Origin: Faecousia sp.
GTDB lineage: Bacteria; Bacillota; Clostridia; Oscillospirales; Oscillospiraceae
Direction of reading: 5' to 3'
DNA length: 64,000 nt
Assembly: GCA_045541155.1 (NCBI GenBank)
Contig: JAZQIN010000017.1
Coordinates: forward strand, 12,798 to 76,797
Part shown: positions 30,601 through 38,853 of the stretch, in pieces
How positions within the stretch are numbered: the stretch's first letter is position 1
Layout: every line of letters begins with the position of its first letter
The notes under the pieces: model-generated
Seen by the model: only the letters and a program-made list of their open reading frames with translations
What the model was told of the DNA's origin: nothing
The model's database searches: none
Translations under genes and position numbers: made by a program

Positions 30601-31217
30601 CCCCTAATCTGGGTGCCATCGAGGAATATGCCCGTGTCAACGAGCGTTACAGTTACCTCAGCGCCCAGCGTGATGATGTGCTGACTTCCAAGCGTGAGTT
30701 GGAGAGCATCATTCGGGATATCACTCAGGAAATGACTTCGATTTTCTTGACTGAGTTCGATAAGATTGACCATTATTTTGGGCAGGTCTTTGAGGAGATG
30801 TTCGGCGGCGGTAAGGGTCAGCTGATTCTGGAGGACAGAGAGAATCCTCTGACCTGCGGCATCGAAATTCGTGTCCAGCCCCCCGGAAAACAGGTTAAAA
30901 CGATTACATTGCTGTCCGGCGGTGAGAAAGCCTTCGTGGCCACGGCGTTGTACTTCTCAATTTTGAAGGTGCGCCCCACTCCCTTCTGCCTGCTGGACGA
31001 GATCGATGCGGCGTTGGATGACCGTAATGTGGAGCGATTCGCCAATTATTTGCACAATTTGAGCAAGAATACCCAGTTTATCGTCATCACCCACCGTCGT
31101 GGTACCATGGAAGCTTCCGATGTGCTCTATGGCGTGACTATGCAGGAGCAGGGCGTTTCTAAGCTGTTGCGGCTGGATTTGAATCAAATGGAAGAATATC
31201 TAGGCATCGTGGAATAA
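27645..31217 (+). CDS. smc: Chromosome segregation protein SMC
   Basis: GPNGSGKSN, coiled coils, hinge GRATFLP, LSGGEK, LDEIDAALD. Confidence 0.97.
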   Translation: MYLKSLEVQGFKSFPDKTLIRFGDDITAIVGPNGSGKSNISDAILWVMGEQSSKTLRGAKMEDVIFGGTQKRPSVGFAEATLTLDNTDRALPYDADEVMVTRRYYRSGDSEYYINKQSSRLRDINEMFMDTGLGREGYSNIGQGRIDEILSLKSADRREIFEEAAGISKYRHRKEETERKLERTEDNLMRIGDKVSELELQLEPLKIQSEKAKKYLELKDELQGVEVAVWLDTLDKLSAATKKAEEDYASADFVLQQAKDDLDRLYNQATELADVLRRRDGELETVRVKVNMLESTHQQLDGQMAVLRGNVDNNNGNIARIEDELKGDEDRSGGIVTQIQQASSRIDEIDEELSKKRRVLDTLQQELTAMTASAQGLTKQFLELRGRETSLAADIAGREADIRGLEDSMAQTSERLNQLKEDLRSGDERQREAEGNLASCRKELRRAQDNVTAANNTISGYTLRQNTRIKRRDELAQTLRELNSKLDSVTAKARVFRAMERDLEGYQKSVRMVMQEAQRGKLPNVHGPVSRLIRTQDGYTVAIEIALGGAMQQIVVDNESDGKAAISYLKRTGGGRATFLPMSTIQGRTLQENGLESCRGFVGIASNLVTSEPRYRGIVENLLGRIVIVSDIDAAIAMANKYRNRFKIVTLDGQVMNPGGSMTGGSVNKEAGILSRANDLEKLTAQEKELQNQKLVTDAELSEAQRQVDQVEYELNTAREQLREAEDACLRLQGQEKQHEILLQAIVDAIGSAQRECDSLEERSRSDRERYAAQQAKIQVYTEQLTQTRGQIATLEGSQSETANVTAQITERMTALKTEEAALDAERNTAETHIADLQSLRGAMEGDRAKKLALMDAIREDNQRLASEIVRLQTHQRENDVEAAQMRRSMEKVIADRAEAEATKTRSEREAQEKNKDILNMQRACALLEQKKITTAMEERQIIDKLWDSYGLTPGTAVEHRGQIESVTAGNRRISELKRKISALGTPNLGAIEEYARVNERYSYLSAQRDDVLTSKRELESIIRDITQEMTSIFLTEFDKIDHYFGQVFEEMFGGGKGQLILEDRENPLTCGIEIRVQPPGKQVKTITLLSGGEKAFVATALYFSILKVRPTPFCLLDEIDAALDDRNVERFANYLHNLSKNTQFIVITHRRGTMEASDVLYGVTMQEQGVSKLLRLDLNQMEEYLGIVE

Positions 31218-31227
31218 AGGAGTAAAT

Positions 31228-32133
31228 ATGGGATTTTTTGATAAAATTAAGGCTGGTTTAGCAAAAACCAGAGATGCGCTGAGTAATACGCTTGGGGCAG
31301 TGTTCTCCGGCTTCAGCCAGATTGACGACGATTTTTATGATGAGCTGGAGGAGAGTCTGATTCTGGCGGATTTGGGCGTTGAGACTGCCACCAAGGCGAC
31401 TGAACGTCTACGCAAGGCCATCAAGGAACAGCATCTCAAGACCCCGGAGGAGGCAAAGGAGGCCCTGAAGGAAATCCTTGTTGAGATGCTGAACGTAGGC
31501 GATGTGGAGCTGAATCTTTCCACCAGCCCCAGTGTGATTCTTGTGATTGGTGTTAACGGTGTTGGCAAGACCACTACCATTGGCAAAATCGCTACCCAGC
31601 TGGTCCGTCAGGGCAAGAAGGTTCTTCTGGTGGCCGGTGACACCTTCCGTGCCGCCGCTGCAGATCAGTTGGAGATTTGGGCTGGACGTTCCGGTGCGGA
31701 CATTGTTCGCCAGCATGAGGGTGCGGATCCGGCCTCCGTGGTCTATGATGGCATTCAGGCCGCCCGTGCCCGAGATGTGGATGTCATCATTGTGGACACT
31801 GCCGGACGGCTTCACAACAAGACCAACCTGATGAACGAGCTGAATAAAATCAGCCGCATCGTGGAGCGGGAATTGCCTAATGCGGCGAAGGAAGTGCTGC
31901 TGGTGCTGGACGGAACTACCGGCCAGAATGGTCTGATTCAGGCAAAGCAATTCAAGGAGATTGCCGGCGTTACTGCCATGGCCTTGACTAAGCTGGACGG
32001 CACAGCCAAGGGCGGCATCGTGATTGCGGTATCCGATGCGCTGCAAATTCCCGTGAAGTTCGTGGGTGTCGGTGAACAGGCCGACGACCTGATGCCCTTC
32101 AATGCCAGAGAGTTTGTGGAGGCGTTGATTTGA
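31228..32133 (+). CDS. ftsY: SRP receptor FtsY
   Basis: GVNGVGKTT, DTFRAAA, DTAGR, TKLDGTAKGG. Confidence 0.97.
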   Translation: MGFFDKIKAGLAKTRDALSNTLGAVFSGFSQIDDDFYDELEESLILADLGVETATKATERLRKAIKEQHLKTPEEAKEALKEILVEMLNVGDVELNLSTSPSVILVIGVNGVGKTTTIGKIATQLVRQGKKVLLVAGDTFRAAAADQLEIWAGRSGADIVRQHEGADPASVVYDGIQAARARDVDVIIVDTAGRLHNKTNLMNELNKISRIVERELPNAAKEVLLVLDGTTGQNGLIQAKQFKEIAGVTAMALTKLDGTAKGGIVIAVSDALQIPVKFVGVGEQADDLMPFNAREFVEALI

Positions 32134-32738
32134 TGAAGGTAGTCCTTGCAAGTAAAAACCCCCACAAGCTGGTGGAAATCAGTAAAATCACCGAGAAATT
32201 CGGCTTTGAACTGGTTTTGCAGTCGGAGCTGGGAGTAGATATCGATGTGGAGGAGACCGGGACTACCTTCGAGGAGAATTCCTTCCAGAAGGCGGAGGCG
32301 GTGATGAAGGCCACAGGTCTGCCTGCACTGGCGGACGATTCCGGCATTGCGGTGGATGCGCTGAATGGTGAACCGGGCATCTATTCTGCCCGTTACGGCT
32401 TCGATGATAGTCTGGATGACTGGGGCAGATTGCAGCTTTTACTGAAAAATACCAAGCATGTGCCGGATGGTCAGCGTCAGGCCCAGTTCGTCTGCGTTAT
32501 CACTTTTGTGACGCCGGAGGGACAGGTGATTCAGGCACGGGGCGAGATTCACGGCGAGCTGACCCGTGAACCCAGAGGAGAGAATGGCTTTGGCTATGAC
32601 CCCATTTTCTACTATCCTCCCTTCGGCAAGACCACCGCTGAAATCAGCGCCGAGGAGAAACATGCGGTTTCCCATCGGGGAAAGGCATTGCGTGTATTTT
32701 ACGATAAATTGAAGGAGGCAGGTTATGCTGACAAGTAA
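32133..32738 (+). CDS. rdgB: Non-canonical purine NTP pyrophosphatase (HAM1)
   Basis: ADDSG, PGIYSAR, GFGYDPIF, SHRGKA; TGATG coupling to ftsY. Confidence 0.93.
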   Translation: MKVVLASKNPHKLVEISKITEKFGFELVLQSELGVDIDVEETGTTFEENSFQKAEAVMKATGLPALADDSGIAVDALNGEPGIYSARYGFDDSLDDWGRLQLLLKNTKHVPDGQRQAQFVCVITFVTPEGQVIQARGEIHGELTREPRGENGFGYDPIFYYPPFGKTTAEISAEEKHAVSHRGKALRVFYDKLKEAGYADK

Positions 32739-33195
32739 GGAACGGGCAGAGCTGCGTGCTCAGGCCAATTCTTTGGATACCACCCTGATGGTGGGCAAGG
32801 AGGGCGTGACGGAAACGGTCATTGCCGAGGCAGATACCCAGCTGACTGCCAGAGAGTTGATTAAGGGAAAGGTGCTGGAGAGCGCTTTCATGACCCCTCG
32901 TGAGGTTTCCGATGCCATTTGCGAGGCTACCGGTGCTGATGGTGTGTCGGTAATCGGTACGAAATTTGTTATTTATCGTTTCAGTGAAAAATGCCAGCAA
33001 GAGCGGAATCAGACCGGACGGGCGAAGCGGAAGGCAACGCCTGTCAGTAAGTCGAATCCTGTTGCCAAGGGGGCTCGGGCACGCCGTGCTGCGGAAAAGA
33101 AGGTTCGTGAGCAGCGCAACCAGTATTTCCGCCAGCAGGCCATCGAAAAGGCCATCGAACGCAGCAGAGAACGTCAGCTGCGAGGGGAAGACTGA
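32725..33195 (+). CDS. yhbY: YhbY/CRM RNA-binding protein with basic C-terminal extension
   Basis: LTSKERAELR, GKEG, ELIKGKVL, IG..FVIYR. Confidence 0.85.
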   Translation: MLTSKERAELRAQANSLDTTLMVGKEGVTETVIAEADTQLTARELIKGKVLESAFMTPREVSDAICEATGADGVSVIGTKFVIYRFSEKCQQERNQTGRAKRKATPVSKSNPVAKGARARRAAEKKVREQRNQYFRQQAIEKAIERSRERQLRGED

Positions 33196-33218
33196 ATTAC
33201 AATTAGGGGGGCACGCTT

Positions 33219-34391
33219 ATGGGCAGAATCGGCATTTATGGCGGTACCTTCAATCCGCCGCATATTGGGCACATTCGGGCAGCCAAGGGGGGAGTGCGGT
33301 CTTTGGAGCTGGATAAGCTCCTTGTGATACCGGATCGGATTGCGCCCCACAAGGAACTGCCGGAGGGGTCTGCCTTGCCGGAGCAACGGCTGGAGATGCT
33401 GCGCCTTGCCCTTGCGGATAGCCCTGAAATCGAAGTGTCCGACATTGAGCTGCATCGGGAAGGCAAGAGCTACACCTATGAAACGGTAACCCAACTGCGG
33501 CAATGCTATCCTGACGATGAGCTGATTCTGCTGATGGGAACAGATATGTTCCTGTCCTTCCATGAGTGGCGTAACCCCGAGATAATTCTGGAGCAGGCCT
33601 CTCTTGGTGTGTTCTATCGTGGCGAGAAGGGCGAAAAAAATGCCATCGAGGATAGAAAAACGGAGATGGAGGCTGCCGGGCATAAGGTGCACCTTGTCCA
33701 AAATGAGATTGTGGATATTTCGTCCACCAATTTACGCCGTATGCTGGTATTCCGCTGTGCGGAATCCTTCCTGCCGGAGGGCGTGGGGGCATACATTAAG
33801 GATAAAGGGCTTTACGGCACTGGCTCCGCATATCACAATCTCCCCATGGAAAAGCTGGAGCAGGTGGTGATTCGCCTACTGAAGAAGAACCGGGTCAACC
33901 ATGTGCTGGGCTGTCGGGATACGGCAGTAGCGCTGGCGAAACACTGGGGTGCTGACGAAACAGATGCGGCGCGTGCCGGCATCCTCCACGATATTACCAA
34001 AGCGCTGGACGGCCCCCTGCAATTGACATTGTGCGCAGAATATGGTACGATACTCAGTGATTTCGGCAAAAAGTACCCTAAGACGCTTCATGCGCTTACC
34101 GGTGCGCTGGTGGCGGAGCGGATTTTTGGGGAAAACGAGGCGGTGGTTACAGCCATCCGTCACCATACCACCGGCCGTGCCAATATGAGTCTGCTTGAAA
34201 AGATTATTTATGTGGCAGACTATATGGAGCCGAACCGGGCGTTCCCGGGCGTGGAGAAGCTGCGTGAATTGGCCTTTTCCAACATCGATGCGGCGCTAAA
34301 GCTGGGACTTGAGATGACCCTTGAGCACCTGGTCCGGCAGGGAAGTGAGGTCTCGCCGGAATCCCGTGCTGCATTGGAATGCTTGAAATGA
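33219..34391 (+). CDS. nadD: NadD-YqeK fusion (nicotinate-nucleotide adenylyltransferase plus HD-domain Ap4A hydrolase)
   Basis: GGTFNPPHIGH and ISST, then LHDITK, HHTTG, VADYMEP in one frame. Confidence 0.9.
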   Translation: MGRIGIYGGTFNPPHIGHIRAAKGGVRSLELDKLLVIPDRIAPHKELPEGSALPEQRLEMLRLALADSPEIEVSDIELHREGKSYTYETVTQLRQCYPDDELILLMGTDMFLSFHEWRNPEIILEQASLGVFYRGEKGEKNAIEDRKTEMEAAGHKVHLVQNEIVDISSTNLRRMLVFRCAESFLPEGVGAYIKDKGLYGTGSAYHNLPMEKLEQVVIRLLKKNRVNHVLGCRDTAVALAKHWGADETDAARAGILHDITKALDGPLQLTLCAEYGTILSDFGKKYPKTLHALTGALVAERIFGENEAVVTAIRHHTTGRANMSLLEKIIYVADYMEPNRAFPGVEKLRELAFSNIDAALKLGLEMTLEHLVRQGSEVSPESRAALECLK

Positions 34392-34417
34392 CACATCATC
34401 CGGAAAGGAAAGATATT

Positions 34418-34780
34418 ATGTTAACTGCTAAAGAGGTGGCCTATGAGGTCACAAAGGCACTGGATGCCAAGAAAGGCATGGATATCCGGCTTTTGAAGAT
34501 TGACCGTGTGTCCAGTCTTGCGGATTACTTTCTGATTTGCACCGGCACCTCCAATACCCATGTTAAGACGCTCTGTGATTACGCTGAGTACACCATGGAT
34601 CAGCTGGGGGAGACCATGCTGGGACGTGAAGGCCATCGTGGCAACAGCTGGGAACTGCTGGACTACGGCAGTGTTGTGGTTCATGTGTTTACCGACGAGG
34701 CCAGAACCTTCTATGATTTGGAGCGGCTGTGGGCGGATGCGGAGCAGGTGGACCTGAAGGACATCATCATTGAAGAATAA
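34418..34780 (+). CDS. rsfS: Ribosome silencing factor
   Basis: ADYFLICTG, WELLDYG.VVVHVF, FYDLERLW. Confidence 0.95.
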   Translation: MLTAKEVAYEVTKALDAKKGMDIRLLKIDRVSSLADYFLICTGTSNTHVKTLCDYAEYTMDQLGETMLGREGHRGNSWELLDYGSVVVHVFTDEARTFYDLERLWADAEQVDLKDIIIEE

Positions 34781-34793
34781 AGAGGTGTTTCCA

Positions 34794-37217
34794 ATGAATT
34801 ACGATCATTCCGCCATTGAAGCAAAATGGCATAAATATTGGGAGGAAAACGACACTTTCCATACGGATGTGTGGGATTTTTCAAAGCCCAAGTACTATGT
34901 TCTGGATATGTTCCCGTATCCTTCCGGCGTGGGCCTGCACGCAGGCCATCCCGAAGGCTACACCGCAACGGACATTATGTCCCGTATGAAGCGGATGCAG
35001 GGCTACAATGTGCTGCCCCCCATGGGCTATGACTCCTTCGGCCTGCCGGCAGAGCAGTATGCGGTATCCACAGGCAACCATCCCAACGGATTCACGCAGG
35101 AGAATATCAAGACCTTCTCTAATCAGCTGAAGGAGCTGGGCTTCGACTATGACTGGAGCAAGGTGGTGGCAACCTCCGACCCTTCCTTCTATAAGTGGAC
35201 CCAGTGGATTTTCAAAAAGCTCTACGAGGCCGGTTACGCCAAGCGGATTGAAATGCCCGTGAACTGGTGTGAGGAGTTGGGCACTGTGCTTTCCAATGAC
35301 GAGGTCATCGACGGAAAGTCCGAGCGTGGCGGCTATCCTGTTGTCAAGAAAAATATGATGCAGTGGGTCATCGACCAGCCTGCTTTTGCTGAGAAGCTGC
35401 TGGATGGCCTGAATGAGATTGATTGGCCAGAATCCACCAAGGAAATTCAGCGCAACTGGATTGGCAAGTCCACCGGTGTAGAGGTGGATTTCCAGCTGGT
35501 GGGCGGCGGTTCCTTCTCTATTTATACCACTTGTATCGAAACCATCTATGGCATTACCTTTATGGTGCTGGCTCCGGATGGCAAGATTACCGAATCTCTG
35601 CTGGATCGGGTCGAGAATCTGGAAGAGGTCAAGGCGTATATCGCTGAGGCTTCCAGAAAGAGCGACATCGACCGTACCGACATGAACAAAACCAAGTCCG
35701 GTTGTCCCTTGAAGGGCGTTTATGCCATCAACCCTGTCAACGGAAAGAAAGTACCGGTATTTATTGGTGACTTTGTGCTGGCCAGCTACGGCACTGGTGC
35801 GGTTATGGCAGTTCCCAGCCACGACCAGCGTGACTTTGAGTATGCGCAGGTACATGATATCCCCATGATTCAGGTCATTGAGGGCCGTGATGTTTCTGAG
35901 CACGCCTTTGAGAAGCAGGATTATCTGGGCAAGGGCTGCAAGCTAATCAACTCCGAGGAGTTCACCGGCCTAACGGTGGAGGAGGCCAAGGAGGCCATCA
36001 CCTGCAAGCTGGAGAAGGCTGGCGTTGCCAGAAGAAAGAACAACTACCACTTCCGTGAGTGGATTTTCGCTCGCCAGAGATACTGGGGCGAGCCGGTTCC
36101 CTGTGTTTACACCGAGGACGGCAAGACTGTGTTCCTGCCCGATGAGGAGCTGCCTCTGATTCTTCCGGAGCTGGAGGATTACAAGGGCCGTGGCGGTAAG
36201 GCACCGCTGGAGAACGCAGAGGAATGGAAGCACTATGATAACAATGGTATCAAGGGCATCCGTGAAACCTCTACCATGCCCGGTAGCGCCGGTTCTTCCT
36301 GGTATTTCATGCGTTACATCGATCCCAACAACGATAAAACCTTCTGTGATCCGGAGCTGCTGAAGCACTGGATGCCTGTTGATTTGTACGTTGGCGGTCC
36401 TGAGCATGCGGTGGGTCATCTGATGTACTCCCGTATTTGGAACCGGTTCCTGTACGATCAGGGCCTTTCTCCTGTGAAGGAGCCCTTCCAGAAGCTGGTC
36501 CATCAGGGCATGATTTTGGGCGAGAACGGCATCAAGATGGGTAAGCGGTTCCCGGAGTTCGTGGTCAATCCTAGTGATGTGGTCCGGGAATATGGTGCCG
36601 ATACCCTGCGGCTGTATGAGATGTTCATGGGTCCGCTGGAGGTCTCCAAGCCCTGGAGCACCACTGCAGTGGCCGGTGCAAAGAAGTTCATCAACCGTGT
36701 TTGGAACTTCTTCACTGAGAGTGGCAACCTTACCGATACCGATGACGGAAAGCTGACCAAGGTCTATCACCAGACCGTTAAGAAGGTAACCTCTGATTTC
36801 GAGCAATTGGGCTTCAACACAGCCATCGCACAGATGATGGTCTTTGTCAACGAGGTGTACAAGAATGGCACCTGCCCCAGAGAATATGCCGAGGGCTTCA
36901 TCAAGATGATTTCCTGCATCACCCCCCATGTGGGTGAGGAAATTTGGCAGATTATGGGTCATGATAATACCATCGCCTATGAGAACTGGCCTACCTATGA
37001 CGAGGAAAAGTGCAAGGATGCACAGGTTACCATGGCGGTTCAGGTCAATGGCAAGATGCGTGGCACTGTGGTGATGGATGCGGATTTGGATAACGACACC
37101 GTTATCCAAAATGTGCTGGCAGATGAGAAAATCAGCCGGTTCCTTGAGAAGAATGGTGGCGCCATTGTCAAGACCATCGTGGTCAAGAATAAGCTGGTCA
37201 ACCTGATTGTCAAGTGA
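34794..37217 (+). CDS. leuS: Leucine--tRNA ligase
   Basis: MFPYPSG.GLHAGH, GTGAVMAVP editing domain, RQRYWGEP, GG.EHA; KMGKR replaces KMSKS. Confidence 0.95.
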   Translation: MNYDHSAIEAKWHKYWEENDTFHTDVWDFSKPKYYVLDMFPYPSGVGLHAGHPEGYTATDIMSRMKRMQGYNVLPPMGYDSFGLPAEQYAVSTGNHPNGFTQENIKTFSNQLKELGFDYDWSKVVATSDPSFYKWTQWIFKKLYEAGYAKRIEMPVNWCEELGTVLSNDEVIDGKSERGGYPVVKKNMMQWVIDQPAFAEKLLDGLNEIDWPESTKEIQRNWIGKSTGVEVDFQLVGGGSFSIYTTCIETIYGITFMVLAPDGKITESLLDRVENLEEVKAYIAEASRKSDIDRTDMNKTKSGCPLKGVYAINPVNGKKVPVFIGDFVLASYGTGAVMAVPSHDQRDFEYAQVHDIPMIQVIEGRDVSEHAFEKQDYLGKGCKLINSEEFTGLTVEEAKEAITCKLEKAGVARRKNNYHFREWIFARQRYWGEPVPCVYTEDGKTVFLPDEELPLILPELEDYKGRGGKAPLENAEEWKHYDNNGIKGIRETSTMPGSAGSSWYFMRYIDPNNDKTFCDPELLKHWMPVDLYVGGPEHAVGHLMYSRIWNRFLYDQGLSPVKEPFQKLVHQGMILGENGIKMGKRFPEFVVNPSDVVREYGADTLRLYEMFMGPLEVSKPWSTTAVAGAKKFINRVWNFFTESGNLTDTDDGKLTKVYHQTVKKVTSDFEQLGFNTAIAQMMVFVNEVYKNGTCPREYAEGFIKMISCITPHVGEEIWQIMGHDNTIAYENWPTYDEEKCKDAQVTMAVQVNGKMRGTVVMDADLDNDTVIQNVLADEKISRFLEKNGGAIVKTIVVKNKLVNLIVK

Positions 37218-37254
37218 TTTTCACTAAAAAGCAGCGAAAAAGCTGAAATAATGC

Positions 37255-37283
37255 TTGACATTTGACGAAGTAGAGCGTATAAT
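37255..37283 (+). promoter_or_regulatory. sigmaA promoter of rpsU
   Basis: TTGACA-17-TATAAT. Confidence 0.85.
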
Positions 37284-37351
37284 GGTCAAGCCGATATGGC
37301 CCTGAAAGCATCCAGGAACCTAGCCGGATGCCATCGGAGGGAGGGAAAACA

Positions 37352-37534
37352 ATGTCTGAAATTCGCGTTAAGGAAAACGAATCTCTGGAGAGCGCTCTGC
37401 GCCGCTTCAAGCGGAGCTGCGCCAAGGAGGGCGTTATTGCCGAAGTTAAGAAGCGCGAGCATTACGTCAGCCCCAGCCTGAAGCGTAAGCAGAAGTCTGA
37501 AGCTGCCCGTAAGAACAAGAGAAAGTTCTACTAA
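37352..37534 (+). CDS. rpsU: 30S ribosomal protein bS21
   Basis: [21 protein letters not shown]...KREHY. Confidence 0.97.
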   Translation: MSEIRVKENESLESALRRFKRSCAKEGVIAEVKKREHYVSPSLKRKQKSEAARKNKRKFY

Positions 37535-37572
37535 TATTCCCTCTTGCGTTATCCTCACAAATCCGCTCCGGT

Positions 37573-38289
37573 TCACCGGAGTTGTTTTTGCGTTCCCAAT
37601 TCTTGATACAACCCTACTGCGAGGGTTACGCCGAGGTGTTCTGCACCGGTCAGCAAACCGGACAAGTCTTCCTGCGTGCGGTAGAAGGAAAATAGAATTT
37701 GATTTTCGTTTGCGTCGATGTGGTAGTGGCTGTGCAGTTCCTCAGAATGATGGGAGGGGATTTTTGGTTCAGGGTAGGGGATGGGGGTAATCGTACAGCC
37801 GTCCGGCGTGACCGTGGCGTTTGAACCATCCAGTGCCAGCTCCAACCAAATCTCTCTGCCGCTCCATGGGGAAAGATACGCCTCGACTGTCAGATGAGGG
37901 GGCACCGACGGCAAAAAAACGGGGCAGTCTGAATTATAAGCGTGATTCCCCGCAACGCCCACTGGACAGGTGGCGCGCCGGAGGATATGCCGGATGATTT
38001 GTTCCGTTTCCGGCGTGGGTGGGCGCTCCATGTCCAGAAGGATATGTGAGCAGCGATGCTTTTCGGTAACCTCGATCAAATGGGCTGCAATCATGGACGG
38101 GTCGTGACCATTTGCCGGAATCCGGTCGTCGAGAATCAGCATGGAGCCTTCCGGTAGATGATTCGGAATGCCTGTCAAACCGTTACCACTGAACGAAAAA
38201 TGGCAGGCCATCCATGCGGTTTGAGTGGGCAATGCTCCATTATTTTGGATATCTTCGCCAGTCATAGCTAAAAATAAAGGGATCGACAT
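37573..38289 (-). CDS. Hypothetical protein, remote GH18/TIM-barrel-like, probably sporulation-expressed
   Basis: 238-aa ORF with AAGGGG RBS; ILLDME motif; sigmaE-type promoter upstream. Confidence 0.65.
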   Translation of the reverse strand: MSIPLFLAMTGEDIQNNGALPTQTAWMACHFSFSGNGLTGIPNHLPEGSMLILDDRIPANGHDPSMIAAHLIEVTEKHRCSHILLDMERPPTPETEQIIRHILRRATCPVGVAGNHAYNSDCPVFLPSVPPHLTVEAYLSPWSGREIWLELALDGSNATVTPDGCTITPIPYPEPKIPSHHSEELHSHYHIDANENQILFSFYRTQEDLSGLLTGAEHLGVTLAVGLYQELGTQKQLR

Positions 38290-38324
38290 GGACAAACGCC
38301 CCTTTTCATGGTATAATTCATAAT

Positions 38325-38353
38325 AGTCTATGAAACTGAGGATTTGAATATGT
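38325..38353 (-). promoter_or_regulatory. sigmaE-type promoter
   Basis: Minus strand ACATA-16-CATAGACT matches the ATA-16-CATAxAxT consensus. Confidence 0.65.
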
Positions 38354-38853
38354 CCTTCTCACTTCTTCCGAAGCACAGGGCAGAGGCTCTGACGGATATC
38401 CATCCGGATTTTTTTGTAACCAATGGGGTGCGGTTGGTGATGCTGGATTTTGACAATACCATCGTTCCCTACACCCGAAACGACCCCACTCCACTGATGG
38501 CGGCGTGGTTGACGTGGGTTCGAGATTGCGGTATTTACGTCTGCGTTGTTTCCAATTCAAAAAAAGACAGAGTGCCGGCCTTTTGCAAAAAACACCATCT
38601 GTACTGCATTACCCATGCGAAAAAGCCCGGACGTAGAGGCATCCGGCAGTGTTTGGAGAAATTTGACGCAAAGCCGGAGGAGGCTGTCTTGATTGGAGAT
38701 CAGATTTTTACCGATACACTGGGGGCTAATCGCTGCCGCGTTCGGTCGGTTCTGGTCAAGTCCATCCACAACCATAATTTTTGGCTCAAGCTGCGCCATG
38801 TTGCGGAGCTTCCCTTTATCTTTTTGGCACGGAATAGGAGGATTACAAAATGA
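38350..38853 (+). CDS. yqeG: YqeG-family HAD IIIA phosphatase
   Basis: LDFDNT, VSN, AKKP, IGDQIFTDTLGANR. Confidence 0.9.
   Translation: MSFSLLPKHRAEALTDIHPDFFVTNGVRLVMLDFDNTIVPYTRNDPTPLMAAWLTWVRDCGIYVCVVSNSKKDRVPAFCKKHHLYCITHAKKPGRRGIRQCLEKFDAKPEEAVLIGDQIFTDTLGANRCRVRSVLVKSIHNHNFWLKLRHVAELPFIFLARNRRITK

Noticed and set aside
35005-35030. LeuRS YNVLPPMG instead of YNVLHPMG
   Set aside because: Single change within a C run; may be a base-call error and cannot be judged without reads
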